A DNA stretch of 64,000 bases from Candidatus Aenigmarchaeota archaeon LH_S7 (GTDB taxonomy: Archaea > Aenigmatarchaeota > Aenigmatarchaeia > QMZS01): positions 1,549 through 65,548 of the forward strand of contig JAGXOL010000003.1 in NCBI GenBank assembly GCA_023659895.1, in the 5' to 3' direction. The position numbers and the translations under genes are program-made. Shown one piece after another: positions 55,067 through 64,000 of the stretch. How positions within the stretch are numbered: position 1 is the first letter of the stretch; the number at the start of each line of letters is the position of its first letter. The notes beneath the pieces are model-generated. The model made no database searches, was not told where the DNA came from, and was given only the letters and a program-made list of their open reading frames with translations.

Positions 55067-55196
55067 TATTATTTATCCATTCTCTCATTAAAGTATTTAC
55101 CTTTGTTGAAACTTTTAGGTCTTTTTTCTCACACAATTTTTTAAACCCTTCAAACACTTCTTCATCAACTGTTACTGTAATAGGTATTTTACCCAT
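55050..55196 (-). CDS. 48-aa ribbon-helix-helix (CopG/MetJ-like) protein, candidate R-M controller, missing from the ORF track
   Basis: Hand translation gives MGKIPITVTVDEEVFEGFKKLCEKKDLKVSTKVNTLMREWINNNEEER, a beta-strand followed by two helices. It overlaps the MTase start by 17 nt. Confidence 0.6.
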   Translation of the reverse strand: MGKIPITVTVDEEVFEGFKKLCEKKDLKVSTKVNTLMREWINNNEEER

Positions 55197-55238
55197 TATA
55201 AATATTTATATTTATTTATTAATATAAATAATAAGTTC

Positions 55239-56072
55239 TTATTTTAAATTGCTCTTTAGATACCAAAGAGGTGCTAGATTTTCAACATATTTCTTATCTT
55301 TTTTGTTTTCTAATTTAACATATTTTGCTAATGGAGGCTGTCCTTTACAAACACTCATACACAAATTATCTATTTCTTTAGGATTATCTATAAATTCTCT
55401 AACCCAACCCTGAAAAAATAGTGTTGGTGGCTCAAATTTACTTTCTTTGTGGTAAACATATTCTTGCTCTATAATAAATAATTGAGCTAAAATACCTATA
55501 ATTGTAAGAGGGTTTAAAGAGTTTCCAAAACCTTCTTTTTTAATAGAATCTATTTCTTTAGAGGAAAGCAAATTTGAAAAATGTTCATATTGCTCTTTCT
55601 CAAGTTCTCCAAGTTCTTTTTCTGGATCTTTGCCATAGAAAATATTATCAAAAGCCAATAACAATTTTTCTTTTAGCTCTGGACGACTTCTTACTCTTAG
55701 ATTCAAGTCTATCATAACTCTTAAATGATTAGGTCTAAATTCTCGATTTCCTTCTTTAAGTCCTATCTGAAAATTCTTTTTAACATCATAATCCTTAAAT
55801 CTTGCAGAAAGTTTAGAGGGGCGGAATAATTGGACTTCTGTATTATCTTTTTTATATATTGTTATCTTAGTATCAAAAGGCAATTCTTTTACTGTGTTGA
55901 GCATTTTTGATTTGTCCATAAAATAAGTTAAATAATGATAAATATTTATGAAATAAGCAAATAATTCAAGATGTCCTAAATATAATTCTAAAGAGTTCAT
56001 AACAATGCCAAACCAATAGGATATTTTGAGATTTATTAATGCAGAGTTTAAAATAATAAAGTCAGAATTCAT
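55239..56072 (-). CDS. Candidate restriction endonuclease partner of the MTase
   Basis: The call rests on position only, since no clear PD-(D/E)xK could be assigned (IIEQEYVYHKE is a weak candidate). The likely true start is the internal Met at 55919 (MDKSKMLNTV..). Confidence 0.35.
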   Translation of the reverse strand: MNSDFIILNSALINLKISYWFGIVMNSLELYLGHLELFAYFINIYHYLTYFMDKSKMLNTVKELPFDTKITIYKKDNTEVQLFRPSKLSARFKDYDVKKNFQIGLKEGNREFRPNHLRVMIDLNLRVRSRPELKEKLLLAFDNIFYGKDPEKELGELEKEQYEHFSNLLSSKEIDSIKKEGFGNSLNPLTIIGILAQLFIIEQEYVYHKESKFEPPTLFFQGWVREFIDNPKEIDNLCMSVCKGQPPLAKYVKLENKKDKKYVENLAPLWYLKSNLK

Positions 56073-56270
56073 AGAAGAAGAATATAAAATTTTCTGTCGC
56101 GAATGTAGTATATAGATTAATGAAAAAATTCCATTAAAAAATAAAAAAATTAAAGCAAAATAATTTCGATTCTATAATTTCTCCATTACCTCCAAAAATT
56201 CTTTATCTCTTTTCAATATGAATTTAATATCTTTTTATTGCTTCACTCTTTTTTAATTAATTTTATATTT

Positions 56271-56483
56271 ATGAAAATCATAGAAGACACAATTCTGGCA
56301 GATATTTTAAAAGTAAAAGGTGCAGAAGAGATTTTAACAAACTTTAATGTTCCTTGTTTGGATTGCCCTTTTGCAAAATTTGAGATTGAAAATTTGAAAA
56401 TTGGGGAGGTCTGCGAAAAATACGGAATTAATACAAACAAATTGCTCGAGGAACTAAATAAGAATATAAAGGTTAAAAACTGA
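56271..56483 (+). CDS. DUF1858-like small redox-disulfide domain protein
   Basis: MKIIEDTILADILKVKGAEEILTNFNVPCLDCPFAKFEIENLKIGEVCEKYGIN. The start was set at the ATG at 56271. Confidence 0.5.
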   Translation: MKIIEDTILADILKVKGAEEILTNFNVPCLDCPFAKFEIENLKIGEVCEKYGINTNKLLEELNKNIKVKN

Positions 56484-56671
56484 AAAATTTTAATTTTCTA
56501 GAGATTATATGAGACACTATGAAGATGATGAGAAAATTGAGTTGCATAAACTAGAAAAATATTGGATGAGGGAGAGAGCTTAGAAGATTATAATGAAAAA
56601 AAGAATTACACAAGATATGCGATGAATTAATTAAAAATTTTGAATGAAAAATACTAAAATATTATTAAAGT

Positions 56672-57577
56672 TTATTTCTTTGCTTTCAAATACTTGAAAA
56701 CAGAGAAGGAAGCGATTGCACCTTCAGCGCAGGCAGTTACGATTTGCCTGAAACCTGCAGACCCTGTTGTTATATCACCTGCAGAAAAAACTCCCTCAAC
56801 ATTAGTTTCCATCTTTTCATTAACTTTGATGAAATTCTTTTCCAGTTCAACCCCTAATTTTTGCGCAATGCTCGAAGATGGAACATAACCTATTTCTACA
56901 AACAAACCATCTAATTCCATTTCCTCTTCTTTTCCATCTTTCTCCAAAACAACTTCTTGCAGCAGATTTTCTCCCTCAGCTTTCTTTACTACTGCATTAC
57001 ATATTATTTCCACATTCTTGTTTTTCAGTTTGTCCAAAAGAACTTCCTCACACCTTGGCTTTTCTCTCCTGTAAATGATGTAAACTCTTTTTGCGTGTTC
57101 CGCGAGTTCCAAAGCACTCATTGCAGCGGAATTGCTACCTCCTACAACAGCCACGGTCTTGTTCTTGAAGAAAGGTGCATCACAAATAGCACAATAAGAA
57201 ATTCCTTTTCCTATGAAATTATCCTCATTCTCAATTTTTAACTTCTCTTTTTTTGTTCCTAAAGCAAAAATCAATGTTTTCCCTTCATAAGTGTTATCTC
57301 TTGTGGAAATCTTGAACTTCCTATCTTTTTTTTCAGCTTTGATCACTTCCTTTTTCTTTATTTCTGCTCCAAAATCTTTCGCTTGCTTCTCAAATTTTTG
57401 AACTAGCTCAGGTCCAGAAATAGATTCATGACCAGGATAATTTTCAACATTGGTTGCATAACTTAGTACTCCAATGTCCCTAGCCAAGACCAAAGTACTT
57501 AGCTTGTTTCTCGCGGAGTATGTAGCTGCTGAGTATCCAGCAGGACCACCTCCAACAATAATCACATCATAGACCAT
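56672..57577 (-). CDS. trxB: Thioredoxin reductase
   Basis: DVIIVGGGPAGYSAA (FAD), the redox CAICDA motif, VVGGSNSAAMSALEL (NAD(P)H) and GVFSAGD. Confidence 0.9.
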   Translation of the reverse strand: MVYDVIIVGGGPAGYSAATYSARNKLSTLVLARDIGVLSYATNVENYPGHESISGPELVQKFEKQAKDFGAEIKKKEVIKAEKKDRKFKISTRDNTYEGKTLIFALGTKKEKLKIENEDNFIGKGISYCAICDAPFFKNKTVAVVGGSNSAAMSALELAEHAKRVYIIYRREKPRCEEVLLDKLKNKNVEIICNAVVKKAEGENLLQEVVLEKDGKEEEMELDGLFVEIGYVPSSSIAQKLGVELEKNFIKVNEKMETNVEGVFSAGDITTGSAGFRQIVTACAEGAIASFSVFKYLKAKK

Positions 57578-57604
57578 AAATTTGAATTAATTATTAAATA
57601 AATC

Positions 57605-57799
57605 TTAAACCTTGAACCTCGCAATTTCCTTAATCAAGTCTTTGTGAGTCAAGAACAATGTTCTGCAGCAATATCTTTCCAAACCCAAATCATCTAAAAC
57701 TTTCTTAGGTTCTTCCCCTTTCTCAACTCTCTTTTTGTAATCTTCCCACAAATGACCAACTACCTGGCCGCATCCAAAGCATCTCACAGGGATTATCAT
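57605..57799 (-). CDS. rpoN: DNA-directed RNA polymerase subunit N (Rpo10)
   Basis: [30 protein letters not shown] is the RpoN zinc-bundle signature. Confidence 0.9.
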   Translation of the reverse strand: MIIPVRCFGCGQVVGHLWEDYKKRVEKGEEPKKVLDDLGLERYCCRTLFLTHKDLIKEIARFKV

Positions 57800-58000
57800 T
57801 ATTATAATTACTTAAAATATTTAAATTACTTTCCTTTTTCTTGATCTCTCCAGAATTCTCTAATACAAGTCCAAAATAAATTCGTTATGCTCCATGGAAC
57901 TTCTCTTAGTTATCAGAGCGATAGACATTTCTTTCAACTAATTTGAACTTCTCTATTTCCTGCAAAAAAGAAATTATCTTTTCTAATCTATATCCAATTT

Positions 58001-58363
58001 TTATTCAACAAGAACTCCATTTAGAACTCCGTCTTGTCCAGGTCTGGAAGTCACTTTTACCTTACCTTTCTCAGTTTTCAAGATAACTCCTTTAGTTATT
58101 GTTTTTTTCCTGTTAAACTTAAAATTCGCTTTGTTCTCAACAACATCCTGTATTTCTAGTTTTTTTCCTCCAACATTCACGTATTGGGTGTTAAACAATT
58201 TACTCTTTAATTTACCACCTTTTGTCCTAATCTCACTCATTTTTTGCTCTCCTAATTTTATAGGAACAAGATAACCACCTCTCTGATATTTTTTCTTCTT
58301 TTTGTTGGATTTCAATCTTCGACCTGTCTTTTTCCTTCTGGATTTCAAATGCCAAAAAACCAT
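58001..58363 (-). CDS. rps8e: Ribosomal protein eS8
   Basis: SRRKKTGRR..KKKKKYQRGG..RTKGGKLK..ITKGVILKTEKGKVKVTSRPGQDGVLNGVL. Confidence 0.9.
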   Translation of the reverse strand: MVFWHLKSRRKKTGRRLKSNKKKKKYQRGGYLVPIKLGEQKMSEIRTKGGKLKSKLFNTQYVNVGGKKLEIQDVVENKANFKFNRKKTITKGVILKTEKGKVKVTSRPGQDGVLNGVLVE

Positions 58364-58416
58364 AATTTAGTAAAAAATTAATATTTAAATTCCTATTAAT
58401 TAAATTTTATTATTTT

Positions 58417-59808
58417 ATGCCTGAAAATAAAAATTTATTTGAAAAAGTAGTGAATCTGTGCAAGAGAAGAGGGTTTGTGTTTCCTTCATCTGAAATTTAT
58501 GGTGGATTTGCTGGTTTCTATGATTATGGTCCTATTGGTGTGGAAGTTATAAATAATATTAAAAAGGAATGGTGGAGAGCTATAGTGCAAGAAAATCTGG
58601 ATGTTGTAGGTATTGAGGGTTCTGTAATTACCCATCCAAAAGTGTGGGAAGCTTCAGGGCACACATCTGAGTTTACTGATTATTTAGTTGAATGCAAGAA
58701 GTGTAATGAATCTTTTAGAGCAGATCACTTGATAGAGGACAAATTGAAAAAGAAAGTAGAAGGATTTAAGAAAAAAAAGCTTGAAAAACTTATAAAGGAA
58801 AACAAAATTAAGTGTCCTAAGTGTAAAGGTGAACTTGGTGAAGTAAAGGAATTCAATTTAATGTTCTCAACTCAGATAGGGTCTAGTAGTCAGGAAAAAT
58901 CTTATTTGAGACCTGAAACAGCACAGCTAATTTACTTGAACTTCAAGAATGTTTTGGACACTAGCAGGCAAAAGATTCCTTTTGGTATTGCTCAGATTGG
59001 AAAAGCTTTCAGAAACGAGATTTCTCCCAGGGATTTTTTGTTCAGAACAAGAGAATTTGGGCAGATGGAAATGCAGTTCTTTGTTAGAAAGGAAGATGCT
59101 ACCAAATATTTCAAGAAATGGCAGAAAGCGAGAATGGATTGGTATTTGAATTTGGGGATAAAGAAGGAAAACATCCGTTTCAGAGAACACGACAAGAAAG
59201 AGCTAGCACATTACGCAAAAAAAGCTATGGATGTTGAATATAAATTTGATTTTGGTTGGAAAGAAATTGAGGGAATCCATAACCGTGGTGATTATGATTT
59301 ATCCCAACACGAGAAGTTTTCAAAGAAGAATCTGAAATATTTTGATGAGGAAAACAAGGAAAAATTCTTGCCTTGGGTAATTGAAACTTCTGCTGGTCTT
59401 GATAGGAACTTTATGGCTTTATTGATGGATGCTTACAAGGAAGAGAAAATTAAAGGGGAGAAAAGAGTGGTTTTGAAATTACACCCAAGAATAGCTGCTT
59501 ACAAAGTTGCTGTATTCCCTTTGGTTGGTAAAGATAATCTTCCTGAAAAAGCAAAAGAGGTTCATGCACTTGTTAAAGACTCATTCCATTGCTTCTATGA
59601 TGAGAAAGGTTCTATAGGAAGAAGATATAGAAGAATGGATGAGATTGGAACACCTTTCTGCGTGACTATAGACCATCAAACTTTGGAAGATGATACTGTG
59701 ACAATCAGGGATAGGGATTCAACAAGACAGGTAAGAGTTAAAATTAACAAATTGTTGGAAACTTTGAGGAAACTAATCAGTTTTGAGATTGATTTTAAGG
59801 AATTATAA
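58417..59808 (+). CDS. glyS: Glycyl-tRNA synthetase (archaeal/eukaryotic alpha2 type)
   Basis: RRGFVFPSSEIYGGFAGFYDYGPIG, LRPETAQ, FRNEISPR and ETSAGLDR blocks. Confidence 0.9.
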   Translation: MPENKNLFEKVVNLCKRRGFVFPSSEIYGGFAGFYDYGPIGVEVINNIKKEWWRAIVQENLDVVGIEGSVITHPKVWEASGHTSEFTDYLVECKKCNESFRADHLIEDKLKKKVEGFKKKKLEKLIKENKIKCPKCKGELGEVKEFNLMFSTQIGSSSQEKSYLRPETAQLIYLNFKNVLDTSRQKIPFGIAQIGKAFRNEISPRDFLFRTREFGQMEMQFFVRKEDATKYFKKWQKARMDWYLNLGIKKENIRFREHDKKELAHYAKKAMDVEYKFDFGWKEIEGIHNRGDYDLSQHEKFSKKNLKYFDEENKEKFLPWVIETSAGLDRNFMALLMDAYKEEKIKGEKRVVLKLHPRIAAYKVAVFPLVGKDNLPEKAKEVHALVKDSFHCFYDEKGSIGRRYRRMDEIGTPFCVTIDHQTLEDDTVTIRDRDSTRQVRVKINKLLETLRKLISFEIDFKEL

Positions 59809-59876
59809 CTTGTCAAACTTAGGTCAAAAGATCTTTTTTCAAAGAAACATTCTTTTTCCAATTCTCAATTTTCATT

Positions 59877-60335
59877 TTAAGGGTCTCTAACTTTTCCCAG
59901 GAAAGAATAAAAATCTTTATCAACCCCTGGATTAAAGTTTTCTCCAAATTCCTTATAATCCTTATCAATTAGTGCTCTGCCTAATTCCTTTTCAAGTTCA
60001 TATTTAGAGGTACATTCTTTTATAAGCTCTTTGTCAAAAACCTTTTTTGAGCATTCTTTATCTCTTGAAATAAACCCCTCTAAATCTTTTTCTGCAATAA
60101 AAGGATATACTCTGTTTTTTATTTTTTCTATTATTTGGCTTCCAGTTGAGTTATTGGAATCTATAAAGACAAAGATTTTATCAAAATTAAAATGTTTGCT
60201 CCCCACTAATCTCGGAATTTTTGTATTGTTTCCTGCTATCTTTATTTCGATCTTGATTGAAAATTTTTTGAAAAGATTTTCAAAAAATATTTTGTCATGT
60301 TTCCCTTCAACTACTACTATTTTTTTCATCTTCAA
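59877..60335 (-). CDS. Small Toprim-like protein (split-OLD / AriB / RloB-like partner of the upstream ATPase)
   Basis: 152 aa. KKIVVVEGKHDKIFFENL is a Toprim-type E-G-x-x-D start and KIFVFIDSNNS is a possible second acidic motif. It overlaps the ATPase gene by 29 nt. Confidence 0.5.
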   Translation of the reverse strand: MKMKKIVVVEGKHDKIFFENLFKKFSIKIEIKIAGNNTKIPRLVGSKHFNFDKIFVFIDSNNSTGSQIIEKIKNRVYPFIAEKDLEGFISRDKECSKKVFDKELIKECTSKYELEKELGRALIDKDYKEFGENFNPGVDKDFYSFLGKVRDP

Positions 60336-61401
60336 ATTCTTCTGTTAGCCAATAATCGCCAAGTCCTACTTCTAAGTTAATTAATTTCTTTTTTAATTCT
60401 TTGATTTTTGTTATCTTTGAGGAAAAGGTTTTTCCTTCTTTTTTTTCAATAACAAATATACTTGCGTCTTTAAGTTTCAAAAAATTTAAAAGAACTGGAG
60501 AATGAGTTACTGTAATTACCTGACTTTCAGAAATTTTAAATAAATCAACAATAACTTCTAAAGCATGGGAATAAGTAAAATTCTCTGGTTCTTCATAAAT
60601 CAAAACCTTTGGTTTTTTATTATCAATAACTGAAGTAAGCAAGGCTAAAGTTTTTAAAAAACCATCAGATAGAACAAAAGAATAATATCTTTTCCCGTTT
60701 TTTGATAGAAATCCTATAAGTTTGCCCTGAGGTGTAATTTCTATACCAATTTGCTCAAAATCATCAAATTCTTTTGCCATTTTTTCTATATTAAAATATA
60801 AGTTATCTCTTTCATTCCGCAATCTATGTAAGATCCAAAAAACATTTGTACCTTCTTTATCTATAATATCTATTTTTGGTTTTTGCTGTTCTTTCTTCAT
60901 TAGTTCTGGCCTAAAATCATAAATTACCCAATTTGATAAATAGTCCTTAACTTCTTTTAACCAATCAGATTCAATTAGATAGAAATTACCTCTAAAAAAT
61001 ATTGAATCGTGAGAACTATGAAGTCTCATATTACTTGGTGTGGTTATTTTATCATATTCTCTAATTATCTCTTTTCCTCCTTTCCTAACAACTTCTTTTG
61101 CAACACGAGCATATTCTTTTTCACCTTTTATCTCAACTTTATACTCAAAATTTTTGTTTTCAATGCTTATTTTTATATTTCTCCAAGTTTCTTTATTAAA
61201 TACTAAGTCAGAATAACCACCGGCATAATTCCTTACAAGATTATCTATCTCAAACTCTAGTATCTCTGATAAAAATGAAATTGCTTGTAAAATGTTACTC
61301 TTCCCGGAGCTATTTGGCCCTATTAACACGTTAAACTTATCTAATTCTAATTCAATCTTCTCCAAACTTTTAAAGTTCTCTATAATAAGTTTCTTTATCA
61401 T
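60307..61401 (-). CDS. ABC/SMC-type (AAA_15/AAA_21-like) ATPase of OLD/PARIS/AbiL-type defence modules
   Basis: IENFKSLEKIELELDKFNVLIGPNSSGKSNILQAI (Walker A), LSDGFLKTLAL (signature-like), VLIYEEPENF (Walker B) and VTHSP (H-loop). Confidence 0.75.
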   Translation of the reverse strand: MIKKLIIENFKSLEKIELELDKFNVLIGPNSSGKSNILQAISFLSEILEFEIDNLVRNYAGGYSDLVFNKETWRNIKISIENKNFEYKVEIKGEKEYARVAKEVVRKGGKEIIREYDKITTPSNMRLHSSHDSIFFRGNFYLIESDWLKEVKDYLSNWVIYDFRPELMKKEQQKPKIDIIDKEGTNVFWILHRLRNERDNLYFNIEKMAKEFDDFEQIGIEITPQGKLIGFLSKNGKRYYSFVLSDGFLKTLALLTSVIDNKKPKVLIYEEPENFTYSHALEVIVDLFKISESQVITVTHSPVLLNFLKLKDASIFVIEKKEGKTFSSKITKIKELKKKLINLEVGLGDYWLTEEFEDEKNSSS

Positions 61402-61511
61402 TATTGTACTTCATTTTTAATTATTAATTACTTTTTCTTAACTTTGCTACACTATTATAATTTATTTTAATCCAAAAGAACAAATAATAATTAAAAAATA
61501 TTAAAACCACT

Positions 61512-63152
61512 TTACATCCTTTCAGGAACCTCAATACCCAACAAGTTCAAACAATTTTCAAGAATCTCTCTTGTTTTCTTTACCAAATCCAATCTAAATC
61601 TTTCTTTCTCGCTTCCAATAACCTTGCAATTCTCATAAAACTTTGAAAATTCTGTGGAGAGTTCATAAGCGTAATTGCAGAGCAAATTTGGTTTTAACTG
61701 AGTTCCAGTTTTCTCAACAACCACAGGAAACTCCAAGAACTTTCTCAGCAAATTTCTTTCATGTTCATTAACTTCCTTAATTCCTTTTTTCTTGCTTTTT
61801 TCAGCTTTTTCCAGAATTGAATTGCAACGAACAGCCATGTACTGAAGGTAAGGACCTGTATTCCCTTCAAAGGAGATAGCTTTTGCAGGATCAAAATCTA
61901 TAGCTTTATTACGGTCAACCTTCAAAATTTCATATTTCAAAGCACTAACACCAATCTTTCTTGCAATTCTTTTAGTTTTTCTTTCACTCAAATCCGAACT
62001 CCTTTTTTTCACTTCTTTTTTTGCTTTTTCAGTTAATTCATCAACCAAATCATCAAGCAAAACATATTTACCTGCTCTAGAACTCATTTTCTTACCCTCA
62101 AAAGTTATAACATTGTAGCCCATGTGAACACAATTTGAAGCCCACTTATAACCAAGTAATTCTAGAATCTTGAACAATTGTTTGAAATAAGTATCTTGCT
62201 CTGAACTAACTGTCCAAATAGATTTTGATAAACCATATTTTTTGAATTTGTGAACAGTTAGAGCAAAGTCAGCAGTCAAATACAATCCTGTACCATCCTT
62301 TTTCAATACCACTATATTTGGTAAATTCTCTTTTTCTAAGTTAGCAATTATTGCACCTTCTTCCTCAAACCCAATTCCTTTGTTTAACAATTTCTTAGCA
62401 ATTTCCTTTCCTTTTTCCCTGAAATCACTTTCAAAAAAATCCACATCAAAGTAGATTCCCAATTTTTTGTATGTCTCGTTAAAACCTTTTTTAGAATAGT
62501 TTATCAACTTCTTCCAAAGAGCCTTCTTCTCCTCTTTCATTTCCAAGTTGTAAAGTATCTCTTGAGTCTCTTTGTTTATTTCTTCCTTTTCCTTCTCTCT
62601 GTGTAATTTAGCATAAATATAGGCTAATTCGTGATCCACTTTTTCTTTCTTTTTCACACCATACTTTTCAAGCGCGAGCATACCTTTAGCTACTTGCTTT
62701 CCCAAATCGTTATAGTAATTAGTTCTTATAGTTTTGTATCCTAAAGAACTTAATATTTCAGAAATAGAATCACCTAAAAAAGTTGTCCTTGCATTACCTA
62801 AATGCATTGCTTTGCAGGGATTGGGATGAGAGAATTCAACCATTATTTTTCCCTTATTAACTTTCTTTATCCTTTCCTTGAGGATATCATCCAAAATCTG
62901 CTCGTAATACAAATAGAAATTCAAATAACCTTTAACCGCCTCCACCTTTTTAAATCCTTTAGGTAATTTAATCTTCTTTTGAACTTCTTCAGCCAATCTC
63001 ATTGGATTTTTCTTTCTCTTCTTTGCTTCTACAAAACAAATATTTGAGGAAATATCACCCTGCTCACTTGGAAATTGAAAGTTCTCCTCTTTTATTTCTG
63101 GAAATTCTTTTTTCAATTCTTTCATTAATTTCTGAATAAGTGTTTGTAGCAT
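61512..63152 (-). CDS. argS: Arginyl-tRNA synthetase
   Basis: SHPNPCKAMHLGNARTTFLGDSI (HIGH-type), KMSSRAGK (KMSK-type) and a C-terminal DALR-like anticodon-binding region. Confidence 0.9.
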   Translation of the reverse strand: MLQTLIQKLMKELKKEFPEIKEENFQFPSEQGDISSNICFVEAKKRKKNPMRLAEEVQKKIKLPKGFKKVEAVKGYLNFYLYYEQILDDILKERIKKVNKGKIMVEFSHPNPCKAMHLGNARTTFLGDSISEILSSLGYKTIRTNYYNDLGKQVAKGMLALEKYGVKKKEKVDHELAYIYAKLHREKEKEEINKETQEILYNLEMKEEKKALWKKLINYSKKGFNETYKKLGIYFDVDFFESDFREKGKEIAKKLLNKGIGFEEEGAIIANLEKENLPNIVVLKKDGTGLYLTADFALTVHKFKKYGLSKSIWTVSSEQDTYFKQLFKILELLGYKWASNCVHMGYNVITFEGKKMSSRAGKYVLLDDLVDELTEKAKKEVKKRSSDLSERKTKRIARKIGVSALKYEILKVDRNKAIDFDPAKAISFEGNTGPYLQYMAVRCNSILEKAEKSKKKGIKEVNEHERNLLRKFLEFPVVVEKTGTQLKPNLLCNYAYELSTEFSKFYENCKVIGSEKERFRLDLVKKTREILENCLNLLGIEVPERM

Positions 63153-63172
63153 AATATTCTATAACATAATTT

Positions 63173-63418
63173 ATGGATAAAGAATTATTCTCAAATATTT
63201 TTTGGATTATAATTCTAATTGTTTTTGGGTTTTGTTTAGCTATCTTGTCTCGTATTTGGTTTGGAAGTTCTGATTTTCTATCAAAATTATTAGATTACTT
63301 CACTATGTTTACAGATATTTTTAGTGAAATTATTTTTAATCCTATAGGTATAATTTTTATAATTATGATAGTAATAATTATTTTGTTTTTGTTAAGTCTC
63401 AGAAATTTTTTGAAATAG
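63173..63418 (+). CDS. Small membrane protein
   Basis: 81 aa with two hydrophobic helices. No family recognised. Confidence 0.4.
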   Translation: MDKELFSNIFWIIILIVFGFCLAILSRIWFGSSDFLSKLLDYFTMFTDIFSEIIFNPIGIIFIIMIVIIILFLLSLRNFLK

Positions 63419-63496
63419 TAGTTATGTGTCAACATTTTTTATAAAAGTAAAAAATTGATTGGTAGATCAGTAGCAAAACTTTCTTTAAATTTCTCC

Positions 63497-63865
63497 TTAT
63501 TCTTTACTAATACTCAATTTAACTTTTCCATCATCATCAATTATTGAGTTCAATTTTATCTCATCAAACTTCCTCACCGTTAATACCACACTATTGCTGA
63601 CAAAATCCCTTATTTTTTCAGTTTCTTTAGAACAACCATAGAGGTCAAGGTGTGGTTTATCTTTCAATTTTGAGACAACCCCTCTTAATATGAATTCCAT
63701 TGGGTCAGAAATCTCTTTCTTTTCTCTTACCACTTTTAATCTACCAAAGCCTTCAACAATCCCTGAATCCACTTCATAAGGTTCCAAAGTGTTTAACAAG
63801 CTATCCATGTTTTCTCCTTCTCCTAGTTTCAAGAATATAATATTACCTTCTCTTGCAGATATCAT
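63497..63865 (-). CDS. PPC (DUF296) domain protein
   Basis: IIFLKLGEGENMDSLLNTLEPYEVDSGIVEGFGRLKVV resembles the DUF296/PPC pattern. Confidence 0.6.
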   Translation of the reverse strand: MISAREGNIIFLKLGEGENMDSLLNTLEPYEVDSGIVEGFGRLKVVREKKEISDPMEFILRGVVSKLKDKPHLDLYGCSKETEKIRDFVSNSVVLTVRKFDEIKLNSIIDDDGKVKLSISKE

Positions 63866-63920
63866 AATTAATACTAAGATTTCTTATAAAGATAAAAAAT
63901 TAATAAAAACAAATTTTAGG

Positions 63921-64000
63921 TCACAAATCCTCTTCGTCAAATTCCTCCTCTTCGTCATCAGGTTCATCAGGCTCCTCAGATTCTTCACTTTCATCAGGTT
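63921..64000 (-). CDS. 3' end of a gene with a highly acidic C-terminal tail (partial, continues beyond the window)
   Basis: The minus-strand frame reads ..PDESEESEEPDEPDDEEEEFDEEDL* with the stop at 63921-63923. The gene's identity is unknown. Confidence 0.3.
   Translation of the reverse strand, partial: PDESEESEEPDEPDDEEEEFDEEDL

Noticed and set aside
57800-58000. Minus-strand fragments resembling the start of an HD-domain 5'-nucleotidase (..ISFLQEIEKFKLVERNVYRS..)
   Set aside because: It is only a ~20-aa resemblance interrupted by stops, which is insufficient to annotate.

Overview
A visibly AT-rich archaeal chromosome fragment. The archaeal assignment rests on the 16S 5' end ATTCCGGTTGATCCTGCCGG and on RpoN, eS6, eS8, eS24, EndA, RtcB, SepCysS and FBP aldolase/phosphatase. 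Genes are small and tightly packed, most lack a Shine-Dalgarno sequence, and many secreted Cys-rich or pilin-like proteins are present. This looks like a small-genome, DPANN-like lineage, but that is inference and no search was run. Most of the window is housekeeping: three aaRS genes, RNA processing, a mevalonate cluster, a 2-oxoacid:ferredoxin oxidoreductase, enolase and scattered single ribosomal protein genes. The observations that stand out are these. (1) A tRNA-Leu(CAA) gene at 41893-42296 can only be reconstructed by removing three intervening sequences. Two of these begin with the same palindromic hairpin module, which recurs in the 3' trailer. (2) The 16S and 23S genes each have their own processing stem. 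The 1.66 kb spacer between them has no tRNA. It holds a TIR-bounded MITE-like element that has an intact 248 bp copy at 16.3 kb. The spacer copy is split by a 1195 bp insertion flanked by a 12 bp direct duplication, and the insertion carries an antisense, SD-led secreted-protein gene. (3) The 23S gene has an AT-rich 89 nt insertion at the tip of helix 89, a 42 nt hairpin insertion, and several substitutions at normally invariant PTC and decoding positions that look pairwise compensated. (4) Accessory islets sit between housekeeping genes: a split ABC-ATPase plus small Toprim-like module between glyS and argS, a REase/RHH/MTase cassette, intact and decayed HEPN/MNT pairs, a C-terminally membrane-anchored HerA-like ATPase, and a pilus ATPase with paralogous pilin-like genes. 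Several short genes missing from the ORF track were found by hand: uS14, a frameshifted eS24, a DUF1931-like protein and an RHH protein. All family assignments come from motif recognition by eye and from memory. No database search was run.
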